From the IMG/VR virus record IMGVR_UViG_3300006201_000011, positions 1 to 64,000 of that record: 64,000 bases of DNA; one strand, given 5' to 3'. A program made the translations under genes and the position numbers. Below, piece by piece: positions 58,269 through 64,000 of the stretch (positions are counted from its first letter, which is position 1; each line of letters starts with the position of its first letter). The stretch comes from an uncultured virus (IMG/VR IMGVR_UViG_3300006201_000011). Its lineage: Duplodnaviria; Heunggongvirae; Uroviricota; Caudoviricetes. The notes beneath the pieces were generated by a model that worked only from the letters and a program-made list of their open reading frames with translations, did no database searches and had not been told where the DNA came from.

Positions 58269-59054
58269 GTGTATAGAACCTATGAGTTTACTTTTGCAGA
58301 TACTCCGGCTTCATTGTATGGAATGTTTGTTGCTGATATCGGTAGCAACAAACATAATAACAACGATTTTGGGAATCAGGCTAACATCGTAGAGACAAGA
58401 ATTGCGAATCGGATTACTCCGCTGCATTTTGGTGTACGGTATCACGACCAGCCTTTGAGCTTTACACTTATTTTTGGAAGTGAGCAGTACATGGATCGCT
58501 ACCAGTTGCAAGAGGTTTCAAATTGGCTGACTGGATATCAGGAGTATCAATGGCTTTCTATTGATCAGCCAGATATGGAGCATATTCAGTTTCGGTGTCT
58601 GATTCAAAAGCTAACACCAATCAGCGTGGGGTGGCTACCAATCGCTTTTGAGGCACAGGTACTGTGTGATTGCCCGTATGGATACAGTTATCCGTTTGAG
58701 GAACGTATTCAAATTAACGGTACAACAGAATATCGTTTCTATAATGACAGCACAATCAAAGAGAATTTGAAGCCAGATTTGAAAATTGAATTGGCGGCTG
58801 GTTGTACAAATTTTGCAATCACAAACAAGACTACAAAGCAGACACTCCGTTTGTCAGGTCTTCCAGCTGGCGGGTTGCAAATTCTTATCGACAATGAAAA
58901 TGAAGTCATGGTGGAAAAAACTGATGGCTATGACTTGTACAGCTTTTTCAATTTTCAATTCTTTGAGGCAGCATCGGGAGATAATGAATTGATTTTCGAT
59001 GGAAGCGGGACTGTTACAATCAGCGGACGCTATTTGTATAATGTTGGAGCATAA
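58269..59054 (+). CDS. Distal tail protein (Dit-like)
   Basis: Position after TMP; V..WLTG...YQWL, CDCPYGYS, GDNELIF. Confidence 0.75.
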   Translation: MYRTYEFTFADTPASLYGMFVADIGSNKHNNNDFGNQANIVETRIANRITPLHFGVRYHDQPLSFTLIFGSEQYMDRYQLQEVSNWLTGYQEYQWLSIDQPDMEHIQFRCLIQKLTPISVGWLPIAFEAQVLCDCPYGYSYPFEERIQINGTTEYRFYNDSTIKENLKPDLKIELAAGCTNFAITNKTTKQTLRLSGLPAGGLQILIDNENEVMVEKTDGYDLYSFFNFQFFEAASGDNELIFDGSGTVTISGRYLYNVGA

Positions 59055-59072
59055 CAAGAGAGGAGGTCAGAG

Positions 59073-62000
59073 ATGTATCTAAACTATGCCAAAATTAAAA
59101 GTGGACAGAGAAAACAGCCTATGCTTCGGCTTCGCACTCTGGCCGGAAAAGAGCTTGGCCCAATTCCATATGTACATGATTTGAATTTTGCAATCAACTA
59201 TGCAGAGTTGAGCACGATTTCATTTACAATCCCGTATCAAGTAAATGGAATGCTCAACCCCCTTTATGCCGCTGTTTCAAGTTTCAAGGTGGTTTATACA
59301 GAGGAGTTTGGCATCTATGTGTTGACTTCTCCCAGTAAAGAGGGCAATGGCGTGTCAGAAATAAAGACCGTTACAGGATATTCTTTGGAATATCTTTTCC
59401 AGAAGAAAAACCTATTTTTAGAAGAAGGTACTTATAATTTCTGGAATCCAGTCAATTCAGCAGATACGATTTTGGGTCGTATTTTAGAATTGGATCGGAC
59501 ATGGCACGTGGGCTATGTGGCCCCAAGGCTGATTGGGTGCTACCGCACATTTGACCAGTATGATAGTGATGCTCTGGGTTTTTGTTACGAAGACGCCATG
59601 GAAAAGTATCGCTGTGTCATTGTGTTTGATGTGTACGATAAGAGTATCAATGTATATGATGCCAACGAAAATCCGGAAACCCTACCCATCTATTTGAATT
59701 ATAACAATCTGGTCGATGCAGTTAGTGTTGAGGAAATCCCAGAGGAGATGGTAACAAAGCTACATCTCTATGGTTCGGATGGTCTGTCGGTGCGGGATGT
59801 AAACCCCACAGGGACAGACTACCTTGTGGACTTGAGCTATTTTCTCTATAATGGGGATCTGGACATCAAAGTAGGGAACAGCAATACCACATTGGCAGAC
59901 CGCGTGCGGGGATGGCAGCTGGAAATTGCGGAGAACCAGCAGTATTATACTGGGCTGGCTGCGTCACGGGCTTCTTTGACAGCACAGAAATTGATGGCCG
60001 AGTCCGATCTTGTAGAATTGAACGGTGAGATGGAGAGTCTGGTAGCACAGCAAAGTGTAACTATTCAGGCGTTTTCCCTAGAAACCACTGCAAGAGGACA
60101 GCAAACACAACAGGCAAACTTGGATCGTATCAATTCTCAGATTGCCGCAAAACAGAATGAGATCGACACACAACAGGCCAAAATCAACTCTCTACAAGTT
60201 GAAATTGACAGCTACATGAATGATATCAAACGGCTTACTGGACGATTGGAATTTTCATCATACTTCACACAGGAGGAACAGAAAATCCTCAACCAGTATT
60301 TTATTGAAAGCACCGTAGAGGAGGAAACATTTGTTGCTACGGATGTGGACACTTCTGCGGCAGGTGCAATTTCTAAGGTAAGCGGCACTGTGTCCATAAA
60401 TGCTTCAAATATCGCACGAGTGGAACTGAGCCAGTTTGCAAAAACAATGTACACTTTGGCCGGCGGTACTGTTACGGTTGGAAACGCTGGTGTCTCCGCT
60501 GAAATCGTGCGGGGCACTTTGGATGTAAAGGGTGACAGCAGCTATGTATTGACGGCCTATCTGGGAAATACGAACTACAACAATCGGAAATTTAGCAGTG
60601 GACTTTTGACCATCGCTGGCAGGTTATCACGGTTTTCCAGTGATATTTCTGTGAGGACGGAGCAAGGAATTACAGAATATAAAGGAACAAGACTGAGCTT
60701 CAGTACAAGCAATGCTGATTCATATTTTACAGTAAATGTGAGTGAGTTTCAACAATATTCTGTTGCAATGGAGCTATACGACTTTGGTACGGATGTTCTT
60801 TCCGATTACGCATGGCCTGTGTATGAGTTTAGCGTAGATAGCGCCAATTTCCTTTACCACGAGAAATTTGAACCGTTCAAAAATAGGCTGGAACTTGGCA
60901 AGGCGGTCTATTTAGAATTGGGCAGTGAGGGATTGGTTAAGCCAAAGATTATCGGTTTTGAGCTGAACTTTGAGAAAATCAATGAGTTCAAGCTGGTGTT
61001 TTCTAACCGCTACCGTTTGCGGAATGGGGCGGAGAGTTGGACAGAGGATATCAGAAACTCCACTCGTTCAAGCCGAAGTTTTGACGCCAGCAAGTATATC
61101 TATAACCGTACTGCTGACAAAGCAACCGAGATCGACATTTTTATGAACGATTTGCAAAAAGGTGCTGTTGACGCAGTGCTTTCAGCGAAAAACCAAACGG
61201 TTGTCTTTAACGGTTCAGGCATTCATGTTGGTGGTGATTCCAAATATCAGATGCGGATCATCGACAATATGATTGCCATGACAGATGACGGCTGGAAAAC
61301 AGCAAAATTGGCGATTGGACGCTTTGCGTCTCCCGAAACCGGAGTGCAGTGGGGTGTTAACGCGGAACTAATTGCTGGTAAGCTGATTATCGGCAATAAC
61401 CTTGTACTTCAAAATCCGTTGATTGACGAAAATGGAAACGTGACTGGCACCATGATGTTTCAAGTGGATAGCACCGGAGCATGGCTGTATAATTCACGGA
61501 TTGTTTTGCAGAGCAACAACGGACTTATCATCGTAGATCCCGATTATGGTATTGTGGCTGGTACAAAGCTCCTGTTCAATACAAATGGTACTACTGTGAC
61601 ACCTGAATTTCTGGACAAGGCCGGCAGTATTACCTATGACTCTGAGGGAATGCCGGCAAATGCGAACTTCTATTTGGATGTAAATACTGGCAATGCCTAC
61701 TTCCGTGGAAAACTGATCGCCAAGAGCGGTACGATTGGCGGATTTACGATTGCTGACAGCTACCTTTATTCTGGGTCAGGCAATACACGTGTAGCTATCA
61801 ACGGAGGAACAAGCTATTACTCAGAATACGCTTTGTGGGCGGGCGCAAGTAATCCTTCTATCGCTCCGTTTTGGGTTAAGAAAAACGGTGATTTTCACGC
61901 TAAGAACGGTGATTTCAGCGGAACATTGAGCGCTGCAAAGCTCAGTGGGTCGTTGACAGCTCTTGCTGGTGCAGAAATTATCGGCCCAGCTATTTATGTT

Positions 62001-62552
62001 CCGAATAAATCTAACCCGAAATTTAAGGTGGATTCTGCTGGCAATGTTAGTATGACTGGAAATCTGACATTGAGTAATGGTGCAATTAAGTGGAGCAATC
62101 TAAATTATAGCTTGCAAAACACAATTAACGGCGCATATGATGCCGCTGCTGATGCCGCTGAGGATGCTGCAGCCGCCGCAAGAGATGCTTCTGACGCTGA
62201 AAAACTGGCAAGAAAAATTGCTAATGGTGAGTTCAACAACGGAACATTTATCAATGGAACTGAGATCTACAGCCCAACGATTTACGCAGATGAGTTTATT
62301 GTTAAACCTAAAAATGCCGCTGGGTATAGTAAATGGACTGGCGGATACAGTATGTATGGTTATTTTGGGAACTATCTCTACAAGATGCTTTCAATTTCTT
62401 ACATTGACACTGGCTTCGGGCCGGAAGTTGAGTTCTGGAGTCCAGATGGTGCATATGCTTACTGGGCTTTTCCACGAACTACTTTTTCTGGGTATTTGAA
62501 TTTCCAAAACGCCCATATTGAAGGACTCTCATTAGAGGCAACATTCGGATAA
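59073..62552 (+). CDS. Tail tip/Tal-like minor structural protein (1159 aa)
   Basis: Position after Dit; coiled coil; beta-helix-like C-terminus (GTIGGFTI). Confidence 0.75.
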   Translation: MYLNYAKIKSGQRKQPMLRLRTLAGKELGPIPYVHDLNFAINYAELSTISFTIPYQVNGMLNPLYAAVSSFKVVYTEEFGIYVLTSPSKEGNGVSEIKTVTGYSLEYLFQKKNLFLEEGTYNFWNPVNSADTILGRILELDRTWHVGYVAPRLIGCYRTFDQYDSDALGFCYEDAMEKYRCVIVFDVYDKSINVYDANENPETLPIYLNYNNLVDAVSVEEIPEEMVTKLHLYGSDGLSVRDVNPTGTDYLVDLSYFLYNGDLDIKVGNSNTTLADRVRGWQLEIAENQQYYTGLAASRASLTAQKLMAESDLVELNGEMESLVAQQSVTIQAFSLETTARGQQTQQANLDRINSQIAAKQNEIDTQQAKINSLQVEIDSYMNDIKRLTGRLEFSSYFTQEEQKILNQYFIESTVEEETFVATDVDTSAAGAISKVSGTVSINASNIARVELSQFAKTMYTLAGGTVTVGNAGVSAEIVRGTLDVKGDSSYVLTAYLGNTNYNNRKFSSGLLTIAGRLSRFSSDISVRTEQGITEYKGTRLSFSTSNADSYFTVNVSEFQQYSVAMELYDFGTDVLSDYAWPVYEFSVDSANFLYHEKFEPFKNRLELGKAVYLELGSEGLVKPKIIGFELNFEKINEFKLVFSNRYRLRNGAESWTEDIRNSTRSSRSFDASKYIYNRTADKATEIDIFMNDLQKGAVDAVLSAKNQTVVFNGSGIHVGGDSKYQMRIIDNMIAMTDDGWKTAKLAIGRFASPETGVQWGVNAELIAGKLIIGNNLVLQNPLIDENGNVTGTMMFQVDSTGAWLYNSRIVLQSNNGLIIVDPDYGIVAGTKLLFNTNGTTVTPEFLDKAGSITYDSEGMPANANFYLDVNTGNAYFRGKLIAKSGTIGGFTIADSYLYSGSGNTRVAINGGTSYYSEYALWAGASNPSIAPFWVKKNGDFHAKNGDFSGTLSAAKLSGSLTALAGAEIIGPAIYVPNKSNPKFKVDSAGNVSMTGNLTLSNGAIKWSNLNYSLQNTINGAYDAAADAAEDAAAAARDASDAEKLARKIANGEFNNGTFINGTEIYSPTIYADEFIVKPKNAAGYSKWTGGYSMYGYFGNYLYKMLSISYIDTGFGPEVEFWSPDGAYAYWAFPRTTFSGYLNFQNAHIEGLSLEATFG

Positions 62553-62566
62553 GGCAGGTGAGTTAA

Positions 62567-63205
62567 TTGGCTTCATTTACTGTATCTTGCACCGACACCA
62601 CTGTTACGATGCGAGTGTCTGGGTTGAAAAGTGGGCAAAAAGTTCGGTTTTATGTAAGAATAGATCCTGGAAGTACAGTCTATGTAGACCGAACATATAC
62701 TGCTACTTCGTCTTCGCTTTCCAGGTCGTTTAGTGGTTTGAAGCCAAGCACCGACTATGCTTGCAATGTCAAATTGGACGATACAACATGGATTGGCACA
62801 AGATACTTTACCACGGATAGTCCAGAGATAAAGGTTGAGCCATGGTCTTGGTCAAGATCGAATGGAGACGCCTCAGCTTCGCAAACAAGCGCCGCTTACT
62901 CTGCCGTTAGAAATAAGGGCAAAGTAAGCGGTTTTTCATATCTTGTATGGAACGATATGGTGAATAAGGTTAAAGAAATCCTTGATGCCAAAGGTCTTTC
63001 TTGGAACAACAGATTCGCTTCATATGCAGGTACATTGATGAGTTCTGGAAGTAGGACTTTAACCGCAACAAAATTCAATTCGCTTCGATACAATATAGGA
63101 CTACATTATTCAACAGGAATTGACACTGTTTTTCGTGGTGATACCGTGTACGGCTGGTATTTTACTACTTTGACAAGCTGCATGAATTACTGGCTTAACG
63201 ACTAA
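62567..63205 (+). CDS. FN3-like structural protein
   Basis: SGLKPSTDY fibronectin-III motif. Confidence 0.65.
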   Translation: MASFTVSCTDTTVTMRVSGLKSGQKVRFYVRIDPGSTVYVDRTYTATSSSLSRSFSGLKPSTDYACNVKLDDTTWIGTRYFTTDSPEIKVEPWSWSRSNGDASASQTSAAYSAVRNKGKVSGFSYLVWNDMVNKVKEILDAKGLSWNNRFASYAGTLMSSGSRTLTATKFNSLRYNIGLHYSTGIDTVFRGDTVYGWYFTTLTSCMNYWLND

Positions 63206-63213
63206 GGAGGGTA

Positions 63214-63411
63214 ATGAAAATGACAAAAATTGAAATCGTACAGCATATCGCAAATATTCATAACTGTTTGGCACAGATTCAAGTCTGTGGTGATGGTGCT
63301 ATTATGATGGGCGATACTTTGAAGGAACTGCGTTTTTTAGTGCAAGAGCTTCAAAAGGATATTGAGGCAGAGAACGCATCGGAGGAGGAGCAAAGCAAAA
63401 CGGAAGAATAA
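63214..63411 (+). CDS. hypothetical protein (65 aa)
   Basis: AAGGAGG RBS. Confidence 0.7.
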   Translation: MKMTKIEIVQHIANIHNCLAQIQVCGDGAIMMGDTLKELRFLVQELQKDIEAENASEEEQSKTEE

Positions 63412-63423
63412 GGAGGGGATGAT

Positions 63424-63810
63424 ATGCACATTCCAAACCCATATACACTACCAGCATTTGATTTTGTTGGTGGATCGACTCAGGATCTGATCTTTCATTG
63501 CTATTTTTTCAAAACGAAGAAACCACAGGATTTGTCCGCTTGTGTAGCGGACTTTTCTATTATCAATTTTGTAAATAAAAATGGTAAGCCGCTCCTATCA
63601 AAGCAAATGGAGATTAGACCAGATCCAAATAGAGACGGTGATGTAAACAATGTGGTTTGTGTTACGTTAGAGGCGGATGAGACGGTGAATCTGCCTGCGG
63701 GTAAGTATATCTACCAAATTACCATCCGTGATATTTCTGGTGAAGTTGAAATTCCCAATCATGGGCTGATTCATATTATCAAAAATATTAACCAAGCATT
63801 TATTCGATAG
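63424..63810 (+). CDS. BppU-N-like baseplate protein
   Basis: V.L...ET..L.AGKYIYQI pattern. Confidence 0.55.
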   Translation: MHIPNPYTLPAFDFVGGSTQDLIFHCYFFKTKKPQDLSACVADFSIINFVNKNGKPLLSKQMEIRPDPNRDGDVNNVVCVTLEADETVNLPAGKYIYQITIRDISGEVEIPNHGLIHIIKNINQAFIR

Positions 63811-63859
63811 TAGATGATCTGATAGCGTTACACAAATTAAAGAACAAGGAGGATGCAAA

Positions 63860-64000
63860 ATGACTACGACATATTTTCTGAATCTTGCTGCCGGTAATAT
63901 TTATCGGACGAAGGAAACTCCGGCCATTCCTACAGAATACTGGATTGGCCTAAGCACTACTGCACCCAATCTCAACGGTACGAATGTTTCCGAGCCGGTT
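63860..64000 (+). CDS. tail fibre-associated protein, truncated by the window end
   Basis: AAGGAGG RBS; MTTTYFLN...YWIGLSTTAP. Confidence 0.65.
   Translation, partial: MTTTYFLNLAAGNIYRTKETPAIPTEYWIGLSTTAPNLNGTNVSEPV

Noticed and set aside
1..64000. Genome-wide TAG recoding (code 15)
   Set aside because: Very long ORFs have no internal TAG, several genes end cleanly in TAG (18916, 42849, 44344, 63810), and no CTA-anticodon tRNA is seen.

Overview
A 64 kb piece of a large SPbeta-like tailed phage (or prophage) of a Bacillota host. The host is inferred from GGAGG ribosome-binding sites and consensus SigA promoters. (1) 1-16.9 kb, minus strand: about 36 short, mostly hypothetical ORFs arranged as about 22 terminator-promoter-RBS-ORF modules. 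Each module carries the same bipartite motif GGTTAGCAAA-N13-CTGTAATA, and the arm is headed by a sigma-factor-like gene with its own perfect SigA promoter, which suggests a phage-sigma regulon. (2) 17-18 kb: a strand-skewed non-coding divergence region. (3) 18-29.8 kb, plus strand: tyrosine recombinase, two metallophosphoesterases, HNH nuclease, 8-oxoG glycosylase, helicase-like ATPase, YonO-like single-subunit RNA polymerase and HU. (4) 29.8-35 kb: a dense RNA island with a ~630 nt ROOL-like RNA, tmRNA, 19 tRNAs, a tRNA-like RNA with a large anticodon-arm insert, three skipping-rope-like RNAs and further unannotated structured elements. (5) 35-64 kb: virion morphogenesis genes (terminase, portal, capsid, tail, 2739 aa tape measure) with RuvC-like, ClpP and PhoH genes embedded. 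All calls are from reading motifs and gene order by eye; no database searches were run.
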